From Scyliorhinus canicula (taxonomy: Eukaryota): a stretch of 64,000 bases of DNA. Made by a program: the position numbers and the translations under genes. Shown in pieces: positions 24,511 to 34,944 of this stretch (positions within the stretch are counted from its first letter, which is position 1; each line of letters opens with the position of its first letter). Under the pieces are notes generated by a model that made no database searches, was not told the origin of the DNA, and saw nothing but the letters and a program-made list of their open reading frames with translations. The stretch covers positions 20,025,731-20,089,730 of the forward strand of contig NC_052166.1 in the NCBI RefSeq assembly GCF_902713615.1, in the 5' to 3' direction.

Positions 24511-24854
24511 ACTGCTGCCTCATGGCGCCGAGGACCCGGGTTCAATCCCGGTTCTGAGTCACTGTCCGTGTGGAGTTTGCACATTCTCCCCATGTTTGCG
24601 TGGGTTTCGCCCCCACAGCCCAAAGATTAAAAACATTTTTTTTAGAGTACCCAATTCATTTTTTCCAATTAAGGGTCAATTTAGCGTGGCCAATCCACCT
24701 ACCCTACACATCTTTGGGTTGTGGGAGTGAAACCCACGCAAACATGGGGAGAATGTGCAAACTCCACACGGACAGTGACCCAGAGACGGGATCGAACCTG
24801 GGACCTCGGCGCCATAAGGCATCAGGGCTAACCCACTGCGCCACCGTGCTGCCC
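24511..24854. mobile_element. 3' part of the L1-split SINE (+, to 24628) followed by an antisense SINE (24629-24854)
   Basis: The SINE head at 18862-18903 resumes at 24511; the antisense copy is flanked by TSD cccaca(g/a)cccaaagatt at 24612-24628 and 24855-24871. Confidence 0.9.
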
Positions 24855-25284
24855 CCCACAACCCAAAGATTCCGACAACATCATTTCATTGACTGTAAAG
24901 CATCTTGGGATGGCCTGATATTAGCATGATATTAATACAAGTCTTTTTTATATAAAAACAAACTGTCCACTTACAACTATCCTCTGGCTAGTTATTAACC
25001 CAACACCAAATAAAAAGTATTCAAATCTCACTCTTGCATTAGTCTGTCAATCTCTATTACCCTGGTGACAGTCTTCTGTACAGAAGTGAATAGCCAGCTT
25101 ATCAGTCTTACCCAAACTTGATTCTTCCATCCCCTTTAGTACTTTTATGTGGACAGTTACCGATGGTAACTATGAGATTAAATGCAGAGCAATCGTCAAT
25201 GTTCCAGGAAACTAGGCCAAGATCAAGAAAATGCAGCAAATCCAGCCGAGCGCAATTCACACACCAGAATCCAACAGCCTAGTG

Positions 25285-26082
25285 TATGCTTTCATTTATG
25301 GCCTTTATTGTGACAAAGAATTTCCATAAAGTTCACCAATTTTAATGTGTATACAATCCTTGAATATTGGAATTCATGGCTTAGAGAAAGACATTCATTA
25401 ACAGCACCTAAGCCAGTACATACATCCTGAAAGAAAGATTCAATAAATTAAAAAATCTGTAACTTAAAAAAAAACATGCTTTACATTCTTGTATTGAGTT
25501 TAATGCAACATGCAGTTTCTGATCATGGGAGAAAAATTATTAAGAAAGCCTTTAATGCAGGATACCACTGACGGTGCAGTGGTCAAGTAACATCAATCGT
25601 GGGTTATATAAAAGCCCTTAAATTCAGGAACACCAAAGGAAGGTGAGAAAAGGAAGAATATGTGGAAGACTTTGTAGCAAGGAGCATTAACACCTGTGAG
25701 AGGACCATTTCCTTGGGGCATCTCCCACTTGGTAACAAGGTTACAACCCCAGTGCCACAAGTAAATCAGGTTCTTCCGAGGTTACAGCAATACAGTGGGA
25801 GAAGTACAAAGAAAAGTGACTCCATGAGTAATAAGACCTCCACAGTGTCCGATGGGACAAGGTTGAATGTGCAGCATAGTTACTGCCAGAACTGTACCTC
25901 GATGGACGCAGACTACGGCGGAAAAGCAGCAGTGGTTTGGGGAGATCACCTTTAACGGGGGTCACCCCTCCCAGTAGCTTCAGGAGCTCACTTTCCCAAC
26001 AGGTAGAAGTATTTTATCGGGAGCTGTTCGGGGAAGAGAGACAGTTCCACTGCCAACTCCCCTGGTGGGTGATGCATGGTCA
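25285..26082 (-). other. Candidate non-coding terminal exon (possible LRSAM1 3' UTR)
   Basis: Acceptor gctaattttttcttacttgtttctcttcgtcctcag| at 26083; AATAAA on - at 25304-25309 followed by CA and a GT-rich element. Confidence 0.45.
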
Positions 26083-26399
26083 CTGAGGACGAAGAGAAAC
26101 AAGTAAGAAAAAATTAGCTTTAACATAATTTTACAGCAAGTGTCAAAACTGACATCATACATCTATATTTGCCATTAACACACATGCAACAAATTCTCAT
26201 ACACAGAGTAGTTACACTATGAACAGGACTGGAAGGCTACAATTCAATATATTGCACAAAACCTCTAATTGGTTAAATTTCTTTTTAAAAAAATAAATGA
26301 AATTGTTTGACTTTTTCACATAAAATTGCAACACATTATAAACATTGAGCACGGGCCCCACTGCTGCTCTTGTAGCATCAGTCAAATAAACAAGCAAGA

Positions 26400-27660
26400 T
26401 CTGAAGATAAGCACAGAAACTACAGGCCAGTCATTGGTGATGGGAAAGCCCTTAGTGATAATTTCTGATTAAAATTAACAGCCACTTGGACAAATGTTAA
26501 TTAATTAAGGGAAGCCAGCATATATTTGATGAGGTAAGAGAGAGGGTTGATGAGGGTAGTGTGGTCCATGTGGTGTAAATGGACTTCCCAAAAAGGCATT
26601 CAATAAAGTGCCACATAACAGGCTCATCAGCAGAGCCCAAAAAAATAAAAGGGACAGTGGAAGCACAGATACAAAGTTGACTGAGTGACAGGAAACACAG
26701 TAGTGGTGAATGGTTGTTTTTTTTGGGGGACTGGGACAAGGCGCATATAGTAGGATTTCCCCGAGATCAGCATTAGGATCGCTGCTTTTCTCAATCAATA
26801 TTAATGACCTGGATTTAGGTGTGCAGGGCGTAATTTCAAAATTTGCAAATGGCACAAAACCAGAAAGCATTGGGAACTGTGAGGAGGATAATGATGAACG
26901 TCAAAAGGACATGGACAGGTGGTGGAATGAGTGAAATTCGATGTGGGGAAATTTGAAGTGAGGCATTTGGAAAGGCAATATAAAGTACACAATCTTACAT
27001 GAATACAGGAGGAGCAGAGGAACCTGGCGGCGCACAAATTGTCGGAAGTTATCACAGATAGTAGCTAATAAGGCATATGGGATCTTGGGCTTTGTAAACA
27101 GAAGCAGGGAGTACAAAAGCAAAGAAGTTATGGTGAGCCTTTATAAAAAAACTGGTTCAACCTCAACTGAAGCACTGCGTCCAAAGCTGGGCAGCCCAGT
27201 TCAGGAACAATGTGAAGGCACGGGAGAAGGTGCAGAAACAATTTCAGAGAATGTTCAGAAGATGAGAGGCTTCAGTTATGTGGATAAATTGATGAATTTG
27301 GATCTATTTTCCCGAGGGAAGATTTGAGAGGTGTTCAAAATCATGGATGGGGTGGGTGGGAATAGTAAGACAGGGAGAAACTGTTCCCATTGGCGGAGGG
27401 GCCAGACCAGGAGGAGATGACACCAATTTAAGAACCAAAGGGACACACTTTTTAATAGCTAGGATCCGGAATGAGCTGCCGGAGTGTGTGGTGGAGGCAG
27501 AATCAATTCAGGAGAGAATAGGATGATTTATCGGAAGAGAAATGATTTATAGAGCTACGGGGAAAGGCAGGGGAACAAGACTTAGATGAATCTTAGTTAA
27601 GAGAGCCAGCATGGACACAAGGGGTGAATGGCCCTCTGTGCTGTGACCATTCGATGATTC
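26400..27660 (+). mobile_element. Old CR1 RT and 3' remnant
   Basis: SALGSLLFSININDLDLGVQGVISKFA; GFVNRSREYKSKEVM; CR1-type tail. Confidence 0.75.
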
Positions 27661-29112
27661 ATAAGATCCTGCTTCACTTCTTTTCTGCAAAGTACCAAAC
27701 AACTGGATGATACGGATGGTTTGGAAGGGATGGAAAATGAGATGGGCACAAACTGACTGTACATCCCCTTGGGTTCTCTGCAGAATCGTTGCACCAATGC
27801 CAGGTGACATTCCGACATATCTCCCAGGGCGAGAGCACAAACATGCAGCAGCAAGAAAACAAAAGTCTTAATTTTCCAGTTTTCTGCTCGTCGCCTACTC
27901 CAGGAGCCAGTGATGAATCCAGTTACAGCACAATGCTATCTCACGGCAGTGTGACACCAACATTTACTGCCAACACGCATCAGGACGAACCAGGTTCACC
28001 TGTCCACGAGGATCACCTCAAGCCAACCAGCCTGGTGGCTGCTCGATATGGCTTCCCCACCTAAATCTAGTCATCTGTGTAGCGGAACAGGGCCGGAGAA
28101 AGAGGACGAATAAGGCACCAGCAGGCTGTGATGAAGTGGATGAGGTTGCGCACAGATCTATGAGACACAAAAGGTTAACAATTGACGAATCGGGAAAAAA
28201 ACCTAACAAAAGTACAGAGTCCTGACAGTGGAGGCTGGACGAGACAGCACACCACAGAATCAGAATAAAACAGTGCAGAAGGAAGTCAATCGGTCCATCA
28301 AATCTATGTTGGTTTTATCAAAGAGCAATTCAGTTCATTTCACTCCTCACATCCTTGCAAATGTTTCTAACTTCAAATATTTATTCAAAGCAGCCTTCAA
28401 AAGGAAACTGAATCGGTTTCCATCAACATTTTAGGCAGTCCAAATACTAAATAATAATTTACGTAAAGAAGCTTTTTGCTCAGCTTGTTTGGCTCCGTTA
28501 ACAGTCACATGGGGACTGAAAGAGCAGTAGAGGCAGAGACCTACTTGCAATGCATTTAAAAAATACTTAGATGTGCACTTGAGATACCGCGATCAACACG
28601 ATTACGGACAAAGAGCTGGAACAAAGAATTAGGCTGCATAACTCCTTAGATGCAAGGGACACAGTGAGACAAATGGCCTCCTTCTGTGACAGAAAACGTT
28701 TCCACTTTTCCTTAAACCTATGCTCCCTTATTATCGACTGTTCAGGTACTGGAACCAGTTTCTCTCTATTTACTCTATCCAAATCATTTATGATTTTAAA
28801 CCCCTATCAAATCTCCTCTTTGCCTCACCCGCTCTTAAGGGGAACCCCAGCTTCTCCAATTTATTCAGGAAACTGCTGTCCCTCATCCCTGCAACTATTT
28901 CAGTACATCTCTTTGGTACTCTCTCCAAAGCCTGCAGGTCCTTCCAAAGTGCAGTGCCCAGAAATGGATGCAATTTCCCAGTTGGAGCCTTATGACTCAA
29001 CACACAAAGCCACTTAGGAACTAAAAGGGTGCAATTAGATTGCTCATGATCTATAGGCCACCAACTCATGGAAACATGTAAAATTTGCCAGAAATTACAG
29101 CAGAGTGCTGAA

Positions 29113-29664
29113 TGTCATGCGAGAGTGTCTTTAAGAAATGGATGTTTAAGCAATGTACCTTTAAGAAAATAGCGATGTCAGAGAGTGGGTGGAGCTGAGC
29201 TCACTTCTGCTTTTTGGGTGTTTTAGTTTCAGTTTGAAGAAAGCTTGGGTCTGGCTGTGAGCTGCATTGCTGGTGATCTCTAGCATGAAGGACTATCTCT
29301 TAATCCTTTGGTGAAATCGGAATTGTAAAAAGGTCTCAGTATTGAATATAAATCTAATGTGCTTCTGTTTGAAGGATTTGTTAAGTCTTTTGGATGTGTA
29401 AAGGAAGTTTGCAGGATTGGGTAGTGTATTTTTTTCGGGGTTATCTTTGAAGTAAGGGGTGTTAAGAGATCCAATGTTTATTTAAAAGGTTAATTTGAGT
29501 TCATGGAATAAACATTGTTTTGTTTTAAAAACCATGTGTCCATAATTGTAATACTACACCTGGGGAACAAGCCGTGTGCTTCAAAAGCAACAATCCATTA
29601 AAGGTGGGGGTTGGTTGAACTCCATGATACATTTTGGGGTTCCGAAAACACCTCTCCCATAACA
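29113..29664 (+). mobile_element. Solo LTR (related Gypsy subfamily) with 5-bp TSD
   Basis: TGTCATG...CCCATAACA flanked by ctgaa at 29108-29112 and 29665-29669. Confidence 0.9.
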
Positions 29665-29679
29665 CTGAATTATAGAGTC

Positions 29680-31320
29680 GCTATAATGGACATTTTAATT
29701 ATCTGAATATGGATGGGGATAGTAGCAGCATAAAGGGCAGCAAGGGGCAAGAGTTCCTAGAGTGTATTCTGCAGAATGTTCTACAGCAGTCTGTTCCCAG
29801 TCCGTCGAGAAAGGAGACTTGGACCTTTGCAATGACTTGGGTCAGTAGAGGTGTCGGAAGGTTTAGGTTGCGTATGGAAAAGGGACAATTCAGAGTTAGG
29901 ATAATTTACTGAAGGAAAGCTAACTTCAAATGAGGTAGTACTGCAAGCGAATAATGGGCTGTCTTTAAAGAAGAAGAGGTTTGTGTGCAGTCAAGGTATG
30001 TTCTCGTGAAGGAAAGAAGTAGGGTAAACAAATCCAGATCCTGGATAAAGAAAGAGATAGACATTAAGATAAAGCAGAAAAAGGTGTAACGATAACCTCA
30101 GGAACTGTAGGCCAGTTAGTTTTGCTTCAGAGGTATGGACGCTTCCAGAAACAATAACATGGACAAAATTAATAGCCACTTGGGAAAATGTGGGCTAATT
30201 AAAGAAAGCTGGCATGGACTTGTTAAGGGCAAATTGTATTTGACTAACTTGCTTGAGTTTTTTGATGAGGTAACAAAGAAGGTTAATGAGGGTAATGCTG
30301 TTGATGTGGTGCACATGCCACACAACAGTCTCATGGAATAAAAGGGATAGTAGCAGTATGGATACAAAATTGGCTGAGTGACAGGAAACAGTGTGGTGTA
30401 AGGTTAGTTTTTGAACCAGTCCAAAAACTGGAGGAAGGTTGAAAGTTGAGTTCCCCAGGGTCAGTGTTTGGCCCCTGCTAATAATGACCTAGATTTTGAT
30501 GCACAATTTGCTGATGAGGAAGATAGTGCAGAATGGTAGCACAAGTGGATAGCACTGTGGTTTCACAGCACCAAGGTCCCAGGTTCAATTCCCTGCTGGG
30601 TCACTGTCTGCATGTTCTACCCATGCCTGTGTGGGTTTCCTCCGGGTGCTCCGGTTTCCTCCACAGTCCAAAGACATGCAGGTTAGGTGGATTGGCCATG
30701 ATAAATTACCCATAGTGACCAAAAAGTTAGGAGGGGTTATTGGGATAGGGTGGAAGTGAGGGCTTAAGTGGGTCGGTGCAGACACGATAGGCCGAATGGC
30801 TTCCTTCTACACTGTGTGTTCTATGTTCAAAAGGACACAGATAGGTTGGTGGAATGGGTGGACAAGTGGCAGATGGGATTTAATAGAGAGAAGTGATTCA
30901 CTTTTGGTAGGAAGAATGCAGACACAAATCAAAGAGCCGAGGGACCTGGGGAGTATATGCGAACAAAGTATAGAAATTGGTAGGACAGTAGTCAATAAAG
31001 CAGACAATATACTTGGCTTTATTAATAGGGGCGTAGAGGACAAAAATAAGGTTATATTGAACCAGTAGAAAACATCGACTCAGCCTCAGGCACTGCACTT
31101 TAGGGAGGGTGTGAAGGTATTGAAGAGAGCTGAGAAAAGATTCACGGGAATGGTTCCTGGGATGAGGAACTTCAGTTGCATAAATAGATAGAAGAAGTTG
31201 GGACACTTTTTCTTGGAGAACAGAAGGTTGTGAGGAGATTTTATAGAGGGATTCAAAATCATACGGGTCGGGTTAGAGTGGCCAGAGAGGAACTGTTCCT
31301 GTTGGTGGAATTCATACAAT
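29680..31320 (+). mobile_element. Old CR1 remnant with a long V-SINE inside (about 30527-30828)
   Basis: HGLVKGKLYLTNLLEFFDEVT; ILGFINRG; V-SINE core. Confidence 0.7.
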
Positions 31321-31433
31321 GAGAAGGAATACAAACAAAAACGGCTGGAAATACTCAGGTCAGGTAGCATCTGGGAGAGAAACAGACTTGGAGCTTCAGG
31401 TCAATGACCTTTCATATAATGAACAGACGATCT

Positions 31434-31658
31434 GGGCAGCACAGTGGCGCAGTGGGTTAGCCCTGTTGCCTCACAATGCTGAGGTCCCAGGTTCGATCCC
31501 GGCTCTGGGTCACTGTCCGTGTGGAGTTTTCACATTCACCCCGTGTTTGCGTGGGTTTCGCCCCCACAACCCAAAAATGTGCAGAGTAGGTGGATTAGCC
31601 ACGCTAAATTGCCCCTGAATTGGAAAAAGTGAATTGGGACACTAAATTAAAAAAAAAA
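31434..31658 (+). mobile_element. Short A-tailed V-SINE with TSD
   Basis: TSD aatgaacag(a/g)cgat at 31418-31431 and 31659-31672. Confidence 0.9.
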
Positions 31659-31771
31659 AATGAACAGGCGATTCCAATCATTGCTTCTCACTTGAGGCCT
31701 TTCTCACCCCTGGTGACTGCAAACATTCTGAAGCAGACGTACATTGGACAGGAGCAGGAGCAGGTTGTAAC

Positions 31772-31897
31772 TCATGATGTACGATACATGCGGATCTTTT
31801 GTTCGATGACTTTCCGGCAGAGGGGGCAAGTATGCAGTTCCGTCCCACACGTCTGACAGCAGCAAACATGACCGCAGGGTAGGAAGATCATCTGACT
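31772..31897 (-). CDS. LRSAM1: LRSAM1 last coding exon (RING second half), [41 protein letters not shown]
   Basis: tttttttcccccag acceptor, 42 codons to TGA; matches the LRSAM1 C3HC4 RING. This frame is not in the ORF track. Confidence 0.96.
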   Translation of the reverse strand, partial: SQMIFLPCGHVCCCQTCGTELHTCPLCRKVIEQKIRMYRTS

Positions 31898-32320
31898 CTG
31901 GGGGAAAAAAAAAACGAGAGCATGTCAACACTTTCCCCGCCTGACATCCCATTCTGCACCTTTTTAACCCTTCTACTGGAACACTGTACTGTGTGCACCA
32001 TCTTCAGGATGCAGGGCAGCATCTTCCAAACCATGACCTCTACCACCTAGAAGCACGAGGGCAGCAAATGTATGGGAAAACCACAACCTGCAAGTACCCC
32101 CCCCCCAGCCACACACCATCCTTCACTGTCACCGGGTCAAAATCCTGGAACTCCCTCCCTAACAGCACTGTGGGTGCTCCTGCTCCACATGGACTTCAAC
32201 AGTTAAGGAAAAGTCTCACCACCACCTTCTGAAGGAATAGGCAACAAACGCTGGCATTGCCAGCAATACTCACATCCCAAAAACGTGAAAAAAAAGTCAA
32301 TGTTAAAAATCAGAAACTGA

Positions 32321-32549
32321 GGGCAGCACGGTGGTGCAGTGGGTTAGCCCTGTTGCCTCACGGCGCCGAGGTCCCTGGTTCAAACCTGGCTCTGGGTCAC
32401 TGTCTGTGTGCAGTTTGCACATTCTCCCTGTGTTTGCGTGGGTTTGGCCCCCACAACCCAAAGATGTGCAGGCTAGGTGGATTGGCCACGCTAAAATTGC
32501 CCCTGAATTGGAAAAAATGAATTGGGCACTCTAAATTTACTTTTAAAAG
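32321..32549 (+). mobile_element. Short A-tailed V-SINE with TSD
   Basis: TSD atcagaaactg at 32309-32319 and 32550-32560. Confidence 0.9.
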
Positions 32550-33409
32550 ATCAGAAACTGCTGAATGAACACACAAACCTTCCTTCCAATTGGTAACCAA
32601 TCTGTGTTGGCATTTGCTGGACAAACGGCAGTGCCACATGGTTCCCATGTCCATCTTTTTCTTTCAACCGACTAATCTATTATTAAATGGTGCTCCAATC
32701 ATCAACTCGGATCATGCATTCCACAGCCTCGTGTTAAAAAGCAATTTAAATTTTAAACAGGACAGTTTACAGGGATCAGACAAGTCTTTTGAAGCTTTGG
32801 GGACAGGACATTGTTTGCCAAGCATGCAAATTATTCTCATGCGATGACTGTAACTGTCCAGATTGGGTTAGGTCCAATCCCTGCAGTTCTGAGATCTGGC
32901 TCCATACAGAGGTGACTGAAGAATGTATCGCCACCGATCGCCAAACCCTGTGCAACATCATCAGAGTGTGGATCACACCGGCAGCACTGAGGAGAAGGGA
33001 GGCAGAGCTTGGAAAATGGAACTGATGGTGCTGTGGGATGTCAGGTCGATGCTGTCTTTATACAGAGGTGTAGGTTCTACCTGTGAAAAACCGTGGCCCA
33101 GATTGGTAAATGGCGGACAATCAAGTTCTTTATTCCGAATCGAACTCATTGATTCTGGTGGAACGCAAGAGGGAAGCATCCCGAAAGTATCACCCTTATC
33201 TGACTGCTAAGCCCCACCTGGGTGGCCTGGGTATTCCAAGCAGAATCCCATCTTTTGACATTGCTGGTCATTTTTCCATCACAACAATTTGCATTAATAC
33301 AGCATCCTTAACATAGTTCAACATCCGAAGCCACTTTACAGAAGCAATATCAAACAGAATTTGATACTGAGCCTCACGTGGAAGTATTAGGGTAAATGAA
33401 AGAGGTAGT

Positions 33410-33633
33410 GGGGCGGCATGTGGCGCAGTGGTTAGCACTGGGACTGCGGTGCTGAGGTCCCAGGTTCGATACCGGCCCCGGGTCACTGTCCTTGTGGAGT
33501 TTGCTCATTCTCCCCATGTCTGCATGGGTTTCACCCCCACAACCCAAAGATGTGCTGGTTAGGTGGATTGGCCACGCTTAATTGCCCCCTAATTGGAGAA
33601 TAAACAATTGGCTACTCTAAATTTATTTTTAAA
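33410..33633 (+). mobile_element. Short A-tailed V-SINE with TSD
   Basis: TSD aaatgaaagaggtag at 33394-33408 and 33634-33648. Confidence 0.9.
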
Positions 33634-34217
33634 AAATGAAAGAGGTAGATTTTGGCATTGCTGGAAAGGAGGGGAGAAAGAGATAGAGAAGTTCCAAGGA
33701 GCTTACGGACAAGGTAACTGAAGCCATGACCATCAATGGTGGAGCAATTAAAACTGGGATCCTCAAGAGGTCAGAACTTGAGGGGCACAGAAATCTGAGG
33801 AGCTGGAGAAGATTAGAGATAGTAAGGGGCAAGGCCAGAGAGGGATTTGAAAACATTGGCAAGTACTTAAAATCCAGACAATGCTGAATGAGGAGCTGCT
33901 GTAATCAGCGATAACAGGGGTGATGGCTGAACGACACTTGGTGTCAGTCAGAAAATGGGCAACTCTGTCTGTGGCCTCACCCCAGGTCTGTAACCTTCAC
34001 CACCCTGGAACTTGCTGAGCTCTGCGTCTCTCCACCTTGGATCTTCTTGTACATCCCTCACTGCTCTCGCTTCCCCCATTGATGGTCTGGAATTTTCTCC
34101 GTAAACCTCGATCATTCCTTCTTCAAGATGCTCCTTAAAAACCTGCCTCTTTGACCAAACTCTTGATTAGTTGTCCTATTACCTCCTTCTTTGGCTGTGT
34201 CAGTTTTGTCATGTAAT

Positions 34218-34391
34218 GGGCTGGCTTAGCACAGTGGGCTAAACAGCTGGCTTGTAATGCAGAACAAGGTCAGCAGCGCGGGTTCAATTCCCGTACCAGC
34301 CTCCCCGAACAGGTGCCGGAATGTGGCGACTAGGGGCTTTTCACAGTAACTTCATTGAAGCCTACTCGTGACAATAAGCGATTTTCATTTT
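34218..34391 (+). mobile_element. Third-family tRNA-derived SINE
   Basis: Matches the 6327-6682 copies. Confidence 0.85.
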
Positions 34392-34523
34392 GTAATTTTG
34401 CTTGGATTGTTTTACCAAGTGCTACATAAATACAGCCAGACACACATCACTCAGGACACAAAGATGAGATGTGTAAATAACTGCCCGAAAGAGAACCTTT
34501 TCAATCACTGCCGGTGGCCTTAC

Positions 34524-34681
34524 CTCCCGCTCCAAACAGACAACACATTCTGATTGAACCAGCACATCCTCAGAAACTGGCACAGCTGGGCTGGAGGGCC
34601 CTGCTTCACTCTCTGCAGGGGCACTGGGTTGTGCCTCACCCATGTCGGCAGCAGCTTCTTTCGTTGGGCTGAATCTCCGAT
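34524..34681 (-). CDS. LRSAM1: LRSAM1 exon: (D)RRFSPTKEAAADMGEAQPSAPAESEAGPSSPAVPVSEDVLVQSECVVCLERE
   Basis: tag|...|gtaag, 158 nt, phase 1 to 0; PSAP motif and the first RING CxxC. Confidence 0.93.
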
Positions 34682-34944
34682 CTACAAACCAAGAGACAAA
34701 TTACAAGTTGGTGGTTACATCAGGAATGGTGCCATCGCACCCTCCCCTCCTCCCACCCCACCTGACTCACTCCCATCTGGTCAGGAGCTGATTTCACCTG
34801 CTAGGGCAGTGCTGCTGTTCGGCCACCTGCCTGGTCCAGAGCCCCCCCCCCCACCCCACGGGTACCGATCACGACTGGAGGACCATGGGAAACTTGAGGA
34901 TAGATCTATGCTTGATTTACTCTATCCTCAGTCCTACCAAGTAA

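Noticed and set aside
27789-28064. + strand ORF as a NIBAN2/FAM129B terminal exon, expected from human synteny
   Set aside because: No recognisable similarity, and the splice signals in this island favour the - strand.
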